A stretch of DNA of 63,020 nucleotides, counting the filler, from Folioceros fuciformis (lineage: Eukaryota), in assembly GCA_049999805.1 (NCBI GenBank). It is 4 parts of 3 records of this genome, joined end to end, with 100 filler letters (N's around TTAATTAATTAA, not from the genome) between each part and the next. Parts side by side here need not be neighbours in the genome. Positions count along the whole stretch, not along the records: positions 1 to 24,714 come from JBNGIO010006304.1; 3 more parts are not named here. One strand, 5' to 3'. The translations under genes were made by a program, and so were the position numbers. Under the pieces are notes generated by a model. It made no database searches. It had not been told where the DNA came from and saw only the letters and a list, made by a program, of their open reading frames with translations. Positions 1 to 13,380 of the stretch are shown here, one piece after another. Position 1 is the stretch's first letter. Each line of letters starts with the position of its first letter.

Positions 1-1387
1 TCGACTCATCAGAGCTGCTGGTTAGATCTCTCTACCGCCAGCCACCCCACCGACCGGATTTCGGCCTACCCACCTACTTGGCTAGCAAATCAGCCCGGCC
101 TCCCGATCCAGCCAGGCAGCCCACTTGCTTGGCCTGGCTTCCTGCTGGGCCGCCTGGCTCCTACAGCTAGGCACTTCACCCCCGAGTCCTCCCAATCAGC
201 TCCCCGCGCTGCAGCCATCAACTGCCCGACTCAAGCCCACCCCGGCCAGCTCCTTGCAAGCCAGGCGCCTTCTTGCTATTAGCCCGACTTGACCAGCCGC
301 CATGCCTGATCCACTCAGGCAGCCGGCTTGCTGGCCTGCCTACCTTCGTCCCTGCCCAATCCTGTGGTCGGTCCGACTCCTAGTTCCCTGACCCTGTTGC
401 CAGCCCGACCGGCACTGACTGCGGCTTGCATGCAGCTAGCCGACCTAGCTGCTGGTCAGGTTCCTCAGCAGCCAAGGGGCCCTTGGCTTGCTTGTGCTAC
501 CTATTCAAATGGGCTAGGCTGGGTTGTCTAGTGTTCCGGCCAAACCCGCTTGGATCGCCTGCCGGGCGACCTGCCCCTCAGCACCCGCTGCCATCCATTA
601 CCGCTTGGATCAGCCCAAGGCCCGTCTGGCCTGGATCCAGCGCCACCTCGGGCTGCCTGCCTGACCACCTCTAGTTGCAGCCAGCCAGCGGCCGCATGGC
701 GATCCGGCCAGGCCCACTTATCAGGATCTGCCCAACTAGCCGCCCGTTCTGCTCCACCGTTACCTTATCCGGAGGAACCAGAGTCCGTGCCCTATCTACC
801 ACACAACCTACCTACTCTATCGACTCACCATAAATCTAGCTACTATTCTAGCCTAATCTCCCAGCCTTTCCTCTATAATACTCACTCACAGATCCAAAAA
901 AAAGAAAACCTATCCTTTCCCAGGGGTATGTTCAACATGTGGAGTCCACAACCCCACTCCACCACCTCAACACCTCACTTCAACACTCTAGCACCGCACT
1001 TCAACTTCTACTCCCAAAATCTGTAGCTCAACCTTCACTCTTGGAATTTGGGACACAACAGCCTACCCTCTTGCAACCTTGAAGGCAGAGGTGTGAGGAC
1101 TAGCATGCAACAAAGTCAGCCATTGTGGATCCAGCCCCATGGATCTCGGTAGTCTAGGGATCCACCACGTCCCCCTAGTGGCAAGGGGGATCAAGCCCTT
1201 AGTTCAATCTCACACCAGATTAGCACTCTAGTTCGGTAGCCTACACACAAGGTCAAGGGGAATCACACCATAAGACTACCCCCTCCTCAATGAGAGGCAT
1301 GGCCTCTTATACTACCCTGGCCCAAATCCCTCCATCTCTGACCAATAGGGTAAGCCTCAGTCAACCGCCAGCAGTCTCTCTCTCCAG

Positions 1388-1465
1388 CCTAAACCTAACC
1401 CTAACCCTAACTCTGATCTAATCCTAACCCTAACTCTGACCTAACCTTAATCCGACCTAATCCTA
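1388..1465. repeat. Degenerate CCCTAA-like (telomere-like) short repeats within a repetitive, probably TE-derived region
   Basis: aaacctaaccctaaccctaactctgatctaatcctaaccctaactctgacctaaccttaa; internal and degenerate. Confidence 0.5.
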
Positions 1466-2926
1466 TCCCCGACCTGAAACGGGTTATGCCCCTTCGACAA
1501 CACTAGTTACCCCTACCAAAAATCACCAGCCTCTCAAATCTACCAAAAATCGTCAGTGCCTCTCAACACTCTCCTCTCCTTTCTTAGATCATACCTTCCC
1601 CTCAGATCATCTTGCAGCCCTTCAGAACCTCCACCTTCTTCCAGTCCTCCCNNNNNNNNNNNNNNNNNNNNNNNNNNNNNNNNNNNNNNNNNNNNNNNNN
1701 NNNNNNNNNNNNNNNNNNNNNNNNNNNNNNNNNNNNNNNNNNNNNNNNNNNGCTTGGCAGAGCTGCCCGTCTAAGCACCCCCGAGGAGGTAACTTTGTAA
1801 ACATGGCACCTGGAAGTGACATACCACCATCTCTTGCCAACATAATTATCACTAGGCTTCCCACCTGCAAGCAGCCAAACGTGCTCGTGGATGGAAAGCC
1901 AAATACTAATTATTATGTCATCTAACTAGCCGTAGGAGAGGTGCATTACTCCCGGCTCCGATACCTGGATGGGGCAGTCTGCAGGTTCCTCAACCTGTCT
2001 CAGCTTAGTCCGCACAAGTGATGGAGGACAAACCGGTCACCGACCATTGTCAAGGCCACCGTGGCCTTTCTGCCTTGTTCCCATCCAACTTGTTCCTGAA
2101 TTTCCGACTTCTAGCCCTGCCTCCTCGATCCAATCTCGCCTCGTGCTTCCTACCAACTGCTGGATCTGCCCCGCGGGCCCCTGATTTTCACCCTATTGCC
2201 AAGGTCACCAATTTGCTGTGGAGTTGTGAAGCGCCACCATCTACTCAGACGCTGATCCTAGCTAGGGCCACAGATTACGCTCATCAGCCATAGCCGCTAG
2301 GATTCGACCTGTAGGATGCGCCTTAGGGGCCTGGTGCACGGCGGCTGAGGTTGGACCCTTTTCAACATTAGCCAGCCACCGTCTTGGCCATCTCCCCTCC
2401 TGGACCCGGCCAGGCAGCCAGCCATTTGCCGGGCCACCTGCCCAGAGCCGACCCACCACCATCGGCCAGGTTGCTGTCTGGCTGGTTGGCTCTGGTGCCA
2501 ACCCCTTGCCGATCCAACCCAACACCCACATAGCCGTTCCCCAAACACCACCAGCTCGCTCCCATGGAACCCAATCCGCCCTCACACGCCCGACTTAGGG
2601 TTCCACGCATGTTAGTATCCCTCGCCACGGGCACACCCCACCCGCTACTTCGCTCTCTCCACGGGTTAGCTAACCGGCCGTTCCCTTCTTGAACACCACC
2701 ACCACCTATCCCACCTATCTCCTGATCAGCCTATCTAAACTAGTCCTATCTAACCTAGTTTCCTAACTATCCTTCTAAGGAATTCAATCAAAACTCAAGA
2801 AAAAAAAAACAAATACTACCATTTTTCTAGGAGATCCAACTACTATGTGGACTCCAAATATACATACGTGCTTTAGAATGCATACATACTTTAGTATGCA
2901 TACATTCCTATCTGCTCCCGCTTGTG

Positions 2927-3032
2927 CCTTGCTCTTTAAAGGCCTTCTCCTGCTCCCTCCTCCCTTTCTTGCTCCCTCTTTGCTCTTTGAAGGCCTTCTC
3001 CTGCTCCCTCCTCCCTTTCTTGCTCCCTCTTC
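2927..3032. repeat. ~54 bp CT-rich tandem duplication
   Basis: ttgctcttt(a/g)aaggccttctcctgctccctcctccctttcttgctccctctt occurs twice in tandem. Confidence 0.8.
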
Positions 3033-4263
3033 CCTCTCTCGCTCACTGCCACTTCTCTTTGGGCCCATCTCAAGTTTCCAAGTCACAATGCTTTGAGGTT
3101 TTACTTTAATGTTATTTTATTTTAAAAATGAATATAATATTGACCTAAGATAGTGTAGGGGCCCAACCCTTAATAGATGGAGGTTTTTTGTGGTGTTTTT
3201 CTTGTGCCCTCGATAGCTCATTGCGAGCTTCTTCAAAGCTAGAACTTCAAGCTCTCACTCTCTCCCTAAGTATACAAGATAATTGAAGTNNNNNNNNNNC
3301 TCCCTAAGTATACAAGATAATTGAAGTTTGTGAAATCGGCCTCCAATCGTAAAAAAGTTAAGGACATTAACTTAAGCCTAGGCATAACTGCACAAACTTG
3401 GTTGGCTTCTAAATTATTCATGAGACTTATGATTGATGGCCTTGTAAGGTTTTCCCTTTGTTAAAGCTTCTCCCCAGTCTTTTGTGATGACAAAATGCCA
3501 GATACATCATCCTTTGTAGCCTTTTACTTAGAGTTGGTGCAATAAGTTTAATGTGGCGATGTACATAACTTCACTTATGGCTCAAGTTTACTTACAATTT
3601 CCATTAGAAAAATCATGAGTTCCCATGACTATTCTATGGTTTGATCAAACATTCTATCTACATGGGCATACAACTTGTAGATTGTAGGATCTCGTACGAG
3701 CTCCGTTGTTCTTCTTATCTTGGTCAAGTTTTCTACCATCCATTCAAAGTTTTTATACAAGAAAAAAAATCTTTTATCCTCTAGATGAATCACATTTCAG
3801 TACTGGCAGTGACACGAGTGGCCATTTTCAAGTTTATTCAAGCATGCTCGACCAAATGAATTGCATTTCACAATTCGCGGTGGGGAGACTAGTCATTTCA
3901 TAGCTTGGATGGCTGGAGCACCCCGCTGGAAGCATCGGGTATACATAAACTTAAATTTTCACTCTAAGTTCAGTTGGAGCCTTCTTGAACTTTCTCCTTG
4001 TATTTTCTCTCCAGTGCTCAGTTAAGGAAACGGGGTCGCAATCATATTTTGTGTTACTAAAGGAATCCAGACGAAATCGGAACAAGAAGAGAGCAGAACT
4101 GGAAGGTCCCGTCACGAGCCTCGGGCTCTTCGACATTGCGAACCTACCAACCACCGGGGTGTGCAGAAAAAGGAAAGGGGGCAGCACAGCTTCTGCTCCC
4201 GTCGCGCAGGAGGAGGTCTCACTGAAATCGGCGTGACAATTTGCGAGCGGGTAGTTCGTAGCG

Positions 4264-5370
4264 ATGGCAGGCGCTGTGGCGATGGGGAGCAAGCTAGGTG
4301 CAGCTTCGGCCTCGGTCGTGGGCAGGAGCCCGGTGCACGGCGGGGTGAGGATGGCCAAATTCGGCCCGCCCATCCGGATGAGCGCCACGGTCGGGGTTGA
4401 GGCGCCGGCGTCGGGGTCCTCGGACTCCCTGTTCGCGGACTACAAGGCCACCAGTGCGTTCCTATTCCCGGGCCAGGGGGCGCAGGCAGTGGGCATGGGT
4501 AAGGACGCGCACGCGGTGCCCGCAGCGGCCGCGCTCTTCACCCGTGCCAGCGAGATCCTGGGCTACGATCTGCTGGAAGTGTGCGTGAACGGGCCCAAGG
4601 AGAAGCTAGACTCCACGGTGGTCAGCCAGCCGGCCATTTACGTGAGCAGCCTGGCGGCCGTGGAGGCCCTTCGGGCGCGGGAGGGCGGCCAGGCCGTCAT
4701 CCACGCAGTGGACGTGACCTGCGGGCTCAGCCTCGGGGAGTACACGGCGCTGGCCTTCGCCGGGGTCTTCTCCTTCGAGGACGGGTTGAAGCTGGTGCAG
4801 ACCCGGGGTGAGGCCATGCAGGCCGCCGCCGACGCCTCCCGCAGTGCCATGGTGAGCGTCATCGGGCTGGATGCGAGCACCGTGGCCAAGCTCTGCGATG
4901 CCGCCAATCAGGAGGTGGAGGAGGCGGAGCGCGTGCAGATCGCCAACTTCCTTTGCAACGGGAATTACGCCGTGTCCGGGGGCGTTAAGGGCGTGGAGGC
5001 CGTGGAGGCCCGGGCCAAGGAGTTCAAGGCCAGGATGACCGTGCGGCTCGCCGTGGCCGGGGCGTTCCACACCCGCTTCATGCAGCCCGCGGTTAGCAAG
5101 TTAGAGGCAGCCTTAAGCGCCACGCAGCTCAGGCCGCCGCGCATCCCCGTTATCTCGAATGTGGACGCGCTGCCACACTCGGACCCGGATGTCATCCGCA
5201 AAATCCTGGCGCAGCAGGTGACCTCGCCAGTGCAATGGGAATCCACTCTCCAAACCATTTTGGCTAAAGGACTCCAAAGCGGCTACGAGCTGGGCCCCGG
5301 GAAGGTCATCGCTGGCATCGTGAAGAGAATCGACCGCAACGCCCCAGCAGTGGAGAGCATCAGCGTCTAG
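4264..5370 (+). CDS. MCAT: Malonyl-CoA:ACP transacylase (FabD), plastid/mitochondrial, intronless, 368 aa
   Basis: Ala/Ser-rich N-terminal extension (transit-peptide-like), FLFPGQGAQ, SQPAI, catalytic GLSLGEY, RGEAMQ, ANFLCNGN, AGAFH, PVQWE and ELGPGKV motifs in one uninterrupted ORF. Confidence 0.96.
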   Translation: MAGAVAMGSKLGAASASVVGRSPVHGGVRMAKFGPPIRMSATVGVEAPASGSSDSLFADYKATSAFLFPGQGAQAVGMGKDAHAVPAAAALFTRASEILGYDLLEVCVNGPKEKLDSTVVSQPAIYVSSLAAVEALRAREGGQAVIHAVDVTCGLSLGEYTALAFAGVFSFEDGLKLVQTRGEAMQAAADASRSAMVSVIGLDASTVAKLCDAANQEVEEAERVQIANFLCNGNYAVSGGVKGVEAVEARAKEFKARMTVRLAVAGAFHTRFMQPAVSKLEAALSATQLRPPRIPVISNVDALPHSDPDVIRKILAQQVTSPVQWESTLQTILAKGLQSGYELGPGKVIAGIVKRIDRNAPAVESISV

Positions 5371-5930
5371 GAAGCACTTTTCCTCGCCAGCCATAACAAG
5401 CTTTTTTTGTTCTTTTTTCCACTCCTGCCTCCGGAATCGGGGAACATCACTTCATTGATTTTTGAGCGGAAGCCTTCTTGAGCTTCTGAGAAGCTCAGCT
5501 AGTAGACTGGAGGTCATACTGAGGACATGGAGGGTATGCTAGACCGCATAGATTGTACCTAGTCTCATGGAAGTGAGATACATCAGTCTCATTTCTCTTG
5601 GATTTGTTCGGGCTGGGCATTCCAGCAACAATTGTTCTCTATCCAATCCAGATTGATATCTCGCTACGTATTGTTATGTTCGCCACCTGTTGAGCTTCTC
5701 ACGCCTCCTCGATGCTGAAGCCCAGGCATCCTTGTGCATCAAGCTCAACTCCCCCACAAAAAGGGGAAAAAAAGAAAAAAGAGATGGAATGCCATCAATA
5801 GATAGATTCACTACAAAATTGCAACTCCAGATCCAAACCAGACTCTCTGTGCTGTCAACTCCCAGGGCTTGCAGAATCATGACTCGTGTTCCCAATAGGG
5901 ATGGAGGACATCTAGACTTTGTCACAAACT

Positions 5931-6299
5931 CTATCTGGTGATGGTGAGGAGAGAAGTAAGCTCGTCCAGGGAGGAGGCGAATTGGCAGGAAGTTCGGTGT
6001 CGAGCAGGGATGAGCACCAGCCCCAAGCGTCTCGGGAGCTCACCAGATGCAGACAAGTCGCTCTGATCCACAGTATCAGCAAGTATGATGTTTCCCTGCT
6101 TGTCCAGGCAGTGGAATCTTCCGAGAAACGTGCGCCCGTCTTCTACATCCACCCGCATCCACCGGTTGAGGAGCATGCGAGCCCGCAGCACCAGGGGTTT
6201 GACCGATCGCGACTCCTCGGCCGCCGGCTCTTCTTTGTCCGATTTCTTCTCCGCCTCCGGCTGATGCCTTTCGGTGTGCTCCTCCGGTATCGCCTCCAT
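5931..6299 (-). CDS. NAA38: LSM-domain protein, NatC auxiliary subunit NAA38/LSMD1-like (122 aa from first ATG)
   Basis: Sm1 motif MRVDVEDGRTFLGRFHCLDKQGNIILADT and Sm2 motif RRLGLVLIP; acidic N-terminus; first ATG in the ORF is at 6299. Confidence 0.8.
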   Translation of the reverse strand: MEAIPEEHTERHQPEAEKKSDKEEPAAEESRSVKPLVLRARMLLNRWMRVDVEDGRTFLGRFHCLDKQGNIILADTVDQSDLSASGELPRRLGLVLIPARHRTSCQFASSLDELTSLLTITR

Positions 6300-6652
6300 G
6301 TCGGCCTTCTCTTGCTCTTGAAGGCGGCTACCTGAACCCTTCGCAGCGGAACGCGGAAAGATCCGCTGGCCCACAGATCAACGCCACCTTGAACCGAGGC
6401 ACAGTTGCATGAATGTGAGCTATTGGCAGGCCGGCCGTCAACAGAGCGCGGACAACGGTGTAGACAGAAAACACGGAGGCAGTGGGAATGACACCATTTC
6501 TGCCTAGGGCTTAGCGAGTATCAACAGACCAAAGATTGAAGCGGGAAACCAGTAGGATTCCCCGCTGGATGACAGGTTTGGCCACTTGTCATGGAGGGAG
6601 AGTGATTCGCGTAAGGATGCGTATGATCGAGCTGGGGTAGGGGCAGCGGAGC

Positions 6653-9600
6653 ATGGCGAGCTCTTCCCGGCCCAAGCTCACTAAGGTTCCCTCTGAAAAT
6701 GAAGAGGTGCGTTTTCTTTGCCCTGTGCCTCGGGACATTGCTGTGTGGTGCTGGCTCCGCGCAATCGCTTTGGTTGTGACGGGCAGGGCATAGGGAGCCC
6801 GAGTTTTGACGACGCAGTATAGTACAGAGTACTACTCTGGAGACTCTCTCTTATGCACTTTAGAGTCGAAGGCCATCTCATCTTGTGCAGGGAGTGAGTT
6901 TAATTCCGCCGAAGCCACAAAATAGGCAGACAAGTTGTTAGCACTAAGTGTCATCGCCGTTGGGGTCTGCAATTGTTGTTCAGTCCGTAGTGGAGTTTTC
7001 ATTCTCGGTTTGATCTAACTTTTTGCCGATGGGACCTTCCATCAGTCGTCTGGACTAATTCTGCTCATGTTGTTGCAGTTAGACGGGTTTGATGATTTCA
7101 CCATTGCGTCGACGTGGGAAAGGTTGGAAAAATTTTCTGGAGTCCTCCTTCACGTGTAAGGTCGAGTATTGGGGGGTTGCTCTCTCACTCAGCTGTGAAT
7201 CTTGGTATTCACAGGGTCATTGCAGGAATTGAGGCAATGTGCAGGGAATGGCAGGCAGCTGGGCCTTCAAAACTTCGAGTGAGTCTCAGGGCATGGATTG
7301 CATTATCCGCTTCAACACTTAATCGTTTACAGTACACCGATCACAAGTTGAGAGCCTGTTGCAGACTGCAGGTGCTGAAGCTGTTTCTGGTACAGTGAAC
7401 CTATACCACGTGCACAAGGAGCTTTCGTACGGTTCAAAAGCTTACAGTGTAGCGTTGTACTTTCGTGCTTCCAGGGAGGAAGGTGAAATGACTCCTCTAA
7501 CTTACCATGTCTTCTCCTTACTCTACTTGGAAATGCTGGTACTTTTGATGTCAAACAAGAGCGAGATTCTCTGTGGTACCCAGGGAAACTGAGTGCTGGA
7601 ACTTGTCCCTTCACAGACACCAGGGATGAGTGGAGAGATGGGTTACATCGTTTGCAAGTATGGTTTGGAGTAAGAGATTTCTTGGTAGGCTTGGTGTCTC
7701 TGCGCTCAGGCAGAGAACCTTCCGCACTATGCTGGTTTTTTTAAATAAGTGGTGAAACCCATGGGGAAATGAATTACTGTGCGCATGAGTTTTTTTTTGG
7801 TGTATTTCTGACGCCGTGCGTGTGTTTGCAGTTGATATCTCCTGTCAGTATGAGTGGTGTCGTCCTCGATGCTCCTGACGTGACAATGCTTTTAAGCGCA
7901 GCTGCAGTTGCACTTTCAAACTGCAACAGGTTTGTTCTGATTCATGAATGGAATTTAATTTTCCATGGAATGCTAGGAACCTAGTCCTTCTTGTTATTCT
8001 ACTTCAGGTTGAGACTTGAGCTGTCTTCAAAGAGATAAAGTCCAACCCTGGTACTTTTTGTTTTTCTTTGTCACATGGGTACAGTGAATGGCCAGTATTC
8101 GTCCCTGTGCATGATCCCACAAGAAAGGCGTACAGAGGTATCGAGGCAACGAAATTCTCATATTCAACACGATTTGAAGCTGATCGTATTGGGTCCCGTG
8201 TCCCAGTCAGCTATATGCACTTGGAGGGCCTCTATGAACTCTTTGTGTCAAAAGTGGTAAAATTTCCTGCGGGGACCTTGTTTGCAATGCGTCTCCTCAG
8301 GAAGATTTCTACAGTACGCAATCTGACTGGTGGTATTTCAAATGAAGGGATTTTCATCTCCAGACTTCGCAGCTGGACGTGCACTGAGGGTTGGGTTCAC
8401 CCTGAAGCTAACTTATCGAACACCAATGAAGGGTTTTGAATATAACATCAGTGAGAGCTTACCAACTGCAGAGCCTATTGCAAACTATGAACGTGTGTAT
8501 GAAGTGCCATGGGACACAGAGTCCCCATGGGCTGCGTGGCATTCTTTGGACGATCCTGTTAAGGGTAGGTGCAGAAGTCAAATCGGTCTTCCATTTCTCT
8601 GTCTTTTTACTGCATTCTTGCCTCGATTATTTGAGATTTCGCTGCACTACTGTGACTGTTACAAGGGACTTTGAGGTGTCATGGGCTTGATCAGTTGCTG
8701 TTGGGCACAGGATTTGAGCTGATTGCAACCTTTTCAAACAGACATGTGACAACCTCCACTGAGATGGCGGAATTTGAAAATATGTCGACGTTTGAAGCTG
8801 ACAAATGGTTGCTACGGCCAATTTTAGCAAAAGCAACGTGAGTTACTAGTTCACTCCGAGCCACGAGATGTGGAAGTGCCATCGGTTGTTTGACAATTGC
8901 ATTATTATTCCGCCTGTGCAGGGAGGAGTTGCAAAATGAGGAGGATGTTGGTTTCGCAGGGCCACTCCGAGCTATGGTGAAGGCTTTTTATGTATCGAAA
9001 GGAGCGCAATATATGGAGAACCTGGCAGCTGGTCTGGATTGTCTCAAGTTCAGGGATCCCTGTTACAAATTTAAGGGTCACATCTGGCCTTTCTACACTT
9101 CCAGCTAATATGTTGTTCTTTTCCAGGAGATGAGCCTGGGATGAAAGAAACCATGCAGTCTGCGAAAGTTCCTCCACAAAGTGCTCTTGATCGGACCATC
9201 AAAGATTTACTTTTCCAAGGTCTAGTGCTTTACCTTTGAGATGAAGAGCTTTCTCCATGAGACCAACTTTCTTCTGATGCTTTATGATTCACGTGGGTGT
9301 CTTGCAGCACCGCCACCTGTTACATATAGATCAAACTCCAGGGGTCATGCATATAACATCAAGGGAGCACCCCCAAATTCTCTGTTCACTCGTTTTTGCT
9401 TACATGCTTTACATTTCGGCAAGTGTAATATTCGAGGTAATTCACATCCAACTGGTTAATCTGAGTGCTGAATTGCATGAGTGGTGATTGCATATTCATT
9501 GTCAGTTCGAAGGGCTTAAACATGGTAATGTTCGGGCAGCAATTGCTGTCTTGTGGATGGCATTTGTGCGAGAGGTGCGATATTGCTGGGATGAGGCTGA

Positions 9601-12046
9601 ACCCTTGCCGGGTGTCGCACCTGATGAACTTCCTGATTTATCAACCTGTCTTCTGCAGCAGAAGCTCCAGCTGGTATGGAACCGGGATTGGGTTTTGAGT
9701 TTGTGGATCTCATGAATAGTTGAGCCTTGTTTTGGCCTTCCTGTATAATCATGTGTATTTTCGTACGATATGCGTGTTTTGTCTCTGTCTGTCTGTCTGT
9801 CTGTTGGGGCAGCTCGCACTTTGTATTAAGCGAAAGAGATCAGAGCGTGAGCGAGCTGGAACGTCCTCCTTCGATGGCGATGTTGCAGAGAAAATAGGAG
9901 AAGCTGAAGGTGGGGATGAAAGTGTGGTAAGTTCCCTTTGTTCTCATTTGCTGCTCGTCACGGTTGAGTGTTGACATAGATTTTGGCATGAGTTATTTCA
10001 TAGTAGAATTCACCATTTATGATAAGTTGCAGGATTTTGCAGTGTCTGAGAAGAACAGTTTCAGTAGTGTGACATCCATCCTCGGTGACACGGTGAATGA
10101 AGCACAGAGTTATCATAGTATATACAAAAACAGCTCATTTCAATCAGACTTGTGTGTACATCTCTCCCTGCACTGCTCTGTGTCGGCTTCTTTTGATGGG
10201 TAAAGCTGTAGAGGATTGTTCTGGGTCTGCTCACATTGAACCCAAACTCCTTTCAGTGGGCATATGTCCTGAAACAGTGGATGACTTTAACTCTGATCTA
10301 GAAATGAACCGGGGAATGAGATGAATGGGCACTCCCTTGGAGTTGGTAGAAAGGGCTCAGCAGGTCCCGTGGGAACTCTGATGCTTTTGAAGACAAATCG
10401 TAGGCTGCATGCCCCATTTACTCAGGTATGCTTGACTATGGGAGAGGAGATCGTCTCTTTCATACTTCTATTACTTGTGTGTGCTGGGGTACAAACACGG
10501 GAATTTTAGCTAAATTTCTGTTTGTGTATGTTGTAGAATGTGCCATCCATGACAGAGGACATGCTCTTGGAGCGTGAGCACATCATTGCAGCCCTGAGTC
10601 ACACATCGTCGGTGAGTTGCGCTTCTCTTTTCCTCATTGGCTCACAGCAGAAAGTAGCTGTTGACATTTAATGACGCCAATCAGGAAAAAGATGCGAGAA
10701 TGAAACTGCAAAGCGATATACTTGCTTCAGGTCGGTTCAAATTTCCCAGCAGGTTCTGAGATCTTCTGAGCATGATATGGTGTGTCGTGATACCAGCATT
10801 GTGCTTTCATTTCTTGCAGACATGGCTGCCTTTAAAGCAGCCAACCCTGGCGCTGTCCTAGAAGATTTTGTGCGCTGGAATTCTCCACGAGACTGGTTGC
10901 AAGATGACAGCAGTACAACGTCAGCTCAAAGTAACAATATGAAAGGTGACTGGCCCCCACGTGGGACCTTATCTCCACGCATGGCTGAGCCAGGGAATAC
11001 ATGGATCCAGATCTGGGATAGTGTTCGGGCTGTGCCTACCTTTCAACAAAGACCCTTATTCGATCACACTCGTGAGGCAGAAAAGGTAGGTCGGCACCCG
11101 TTCCGCTTTTGACAGCACTACTGCATTGTGAACCGACAACAAAATATCTCATCAGTTGCTGTTCATTTGGCAGGTAATGCATTGTCTGGACACCATAAGA
11201 CCACAGCAGTTGTTAGCCCAGATGCTCTCCACCGTCTTTGTCGCTGCGGCTGATATATTGCATCAGAGCTTTACAAAGGAGTTGCAACCTTTGTCTGCGG
11301 AGCTTGAAGATCTCTATTCATCGATGGCAGCCGTCCTATTGCCTCTCGAGCTGGTGGACAGTCCAGGTAATATTCTTGCGAGCGTGTAGTTACCGCCTAG
11401 TATGGTAATTGTCTGGATCTAACGATAATGTTTCGGGGAATATCCTGCAGAGCAGAGTTCGCAGCATCTCGAGCAATGGTTGAAGGATCTTCGCCAATTA
11501 TGTGCAGATTTTGAGAGCATCGAGGCCAGGATTGCGTTAGGAGCGTCATTTGTAAAAAAATTACAGGCGAGTCAGCAACTTTTAGCTTGCCTTATTAGCA
11601 AGTATCTGGGTCCAGACACCCACTACTGGACGGGTGCAACAAATAGCCAATTGAAGGTATGACTCTGCCCGTTCACATTTTCAGGGTGCATGGGAAAGTG
11701 CTGTAACACGTGGTCACACTTGCAGAACGGTATTGTTAGTGGAGCCCTGGTGAAGGAGGAGGAAAGGGATGCCATCGGAGATCTCTTCCCTCCGCTGAGC
11801 TCTACTCAGTTGTGGAAGAAAAGTTTAAGAATGGGGAACTATTTGAACGGGCACGAACCTCTCTTCCGAGAGGTCATTTTCAGCTGCTATGAGGACTACT
11901 TGGACTGGCACCTGGAACGGGTCAGAAGGGAGAAGAACATGCACAGGGCGAAGCAAACACTCAGGCAGATGCATTCTCACAGGATGTACGTCTGTGGGAC
12001 ACCGAATGATCTGCAAGTTGCGTTCTCCGTCGTCGCCAACGACTGA
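6653..12046 (+). CDS. RAB3GAP1: Rab3 GTPase-activating protein catalytic subunit (multi-exon; start codon approximate)
   Basis: GT-AG-bounded exons encode FDDFTIASTWER/VIAGIEAMCREW (7079-7278), WPVFVPVHDP, IKGAPPNSLFTRFCLHAL, AIAVLWMAFVREVRYCWD...DLSTCLLQQKLQL, LHAPFTQ, DMAAFKAANPGAVLEDFVRWNSPRDW (10820-10900), LFDHTREAEKV, and terminal HRMYVCGTPNDLQVAFSV; stop at 12044-12046. Confidence 0.9.
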
Positions 12047-13380
12047 TGCCGATCAATCAAGTTCCTGAAGCGTGGATATCAGCTGCCCCCTTGCAAGTAA
12101 TAATGTGGACGGTAAGCTCATAACAAGCTCGAAGGGATTATGTCACACGAAGGCTGGCTAGATGACAACGCTGAAGCGGACAACCATAGGGCTTCTCACT
12201 CTGTGGACACCGTTGGACGCAGGCAGAGGACTTCAGAGACTAGCCTTGCTAGAACGGGGCGTCTGCGTTGTACGAGAGCTTCTGCCTGTCAGATTGGAGT
12301 TCCAACACCTGAGGCTTTGCCGCCACGAATTCATTGTGGGCTTTACGGGCGCGACGGGGAGAGTGTGTAGCTGAAGTGCTCGGCTGCCCCACGTTGGCGA
12401 GGGTAAGGGTCGGCGGGGCCCTCGGCTGAGCCTCTGTAATGGCAGGATAGTCCTGAGGTTGTGTTGACCGCCAGGTTTGACCTGCCGCTACTCCTGCCCG
12501 CCTTTATGTATCTTGGCAAGCTAATCTACATCCAAACGTAGTAGATTTGTGAAACTTGTATATATGTATCCATGTTGCAATATAAGCTCTCGTGATAGAG
12601 TCGTTGCGGTGGTGTGAACATTCGAGCCTGGCTCATTTCCTTAACGCGCCCAGTGAAGAGTGGTTTCGTTACTGTGTGCCGTGCATCCCAGAAGACAGGC
12701 TCCTGGAGCCGTAGCACATATTTGCAGAGAACGTGAGAAGGAAGGAACAAAGAACATGTATCACGCAACGCGCGCAGCGAACCCTATCCGACAGACGCAC
12801 TGCCACAGGCAGGAGGATAATCGACGTAGGTGTGCTTAGGATGCCAGATGATCCACAAATGCCGTTCTCATTTGTCGCCAACAACTCATGTCGCGAAGCC
12901 TATGGATGTTGGTGTGTTCTGGATGCCATATGATCCACGAATGCCGTTCTCATTTGTCGCCAGCAATTGTATCTATTGGCTTACTACCTTGACTATTTAT
13001 TACCTATAATTGTGACTCCTAGTTTGCTTTGCGCCATGGCTACAGAGAAGGAAGATGGGACGAACAATCCTTCATAGTGTTCAATACTATGAGAGACTTA
13101 ACCCATGTTGTGGATCCTGTGATTCCGTACAGTATAGGGAACAAAAATAATTCGCTAGAGGGCACCAAATTGTAATTATGAGAGACTAAATTATACGGAC
13201 CGAAGGAAAAGCCACCAAGGGAAGGATGTTAAACGCCCATTCAGCGACGCAAGAGGTGATCAGGAAGGAAGACCTTAGGAGCCACAAAGAGTAGACAGTA
13301 GGATATTTTGTATTGAGAGGAGGAGAGGGGTTTTCGGAGCTTTACATTAGAATATCTAGACTAGCGAGATGTGGTATAAA

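Noticed and set aside
1..2760. Pro/Ala-rich ORFs as genes
   Set aside because: No recognisable domain; low-complexity and probably decayed TE sequence, family not identifiable by eye
3260..3328. 28 bp direct repeat flanking a 10-N gap
   Set aside because: Typical unmerged contig overlap artefact
10097..10324. Apparent frameshift or stop within Rab3GAP
   Set aside because: Resolved by a phase-compatible GT-AG intron (~10152-10300)
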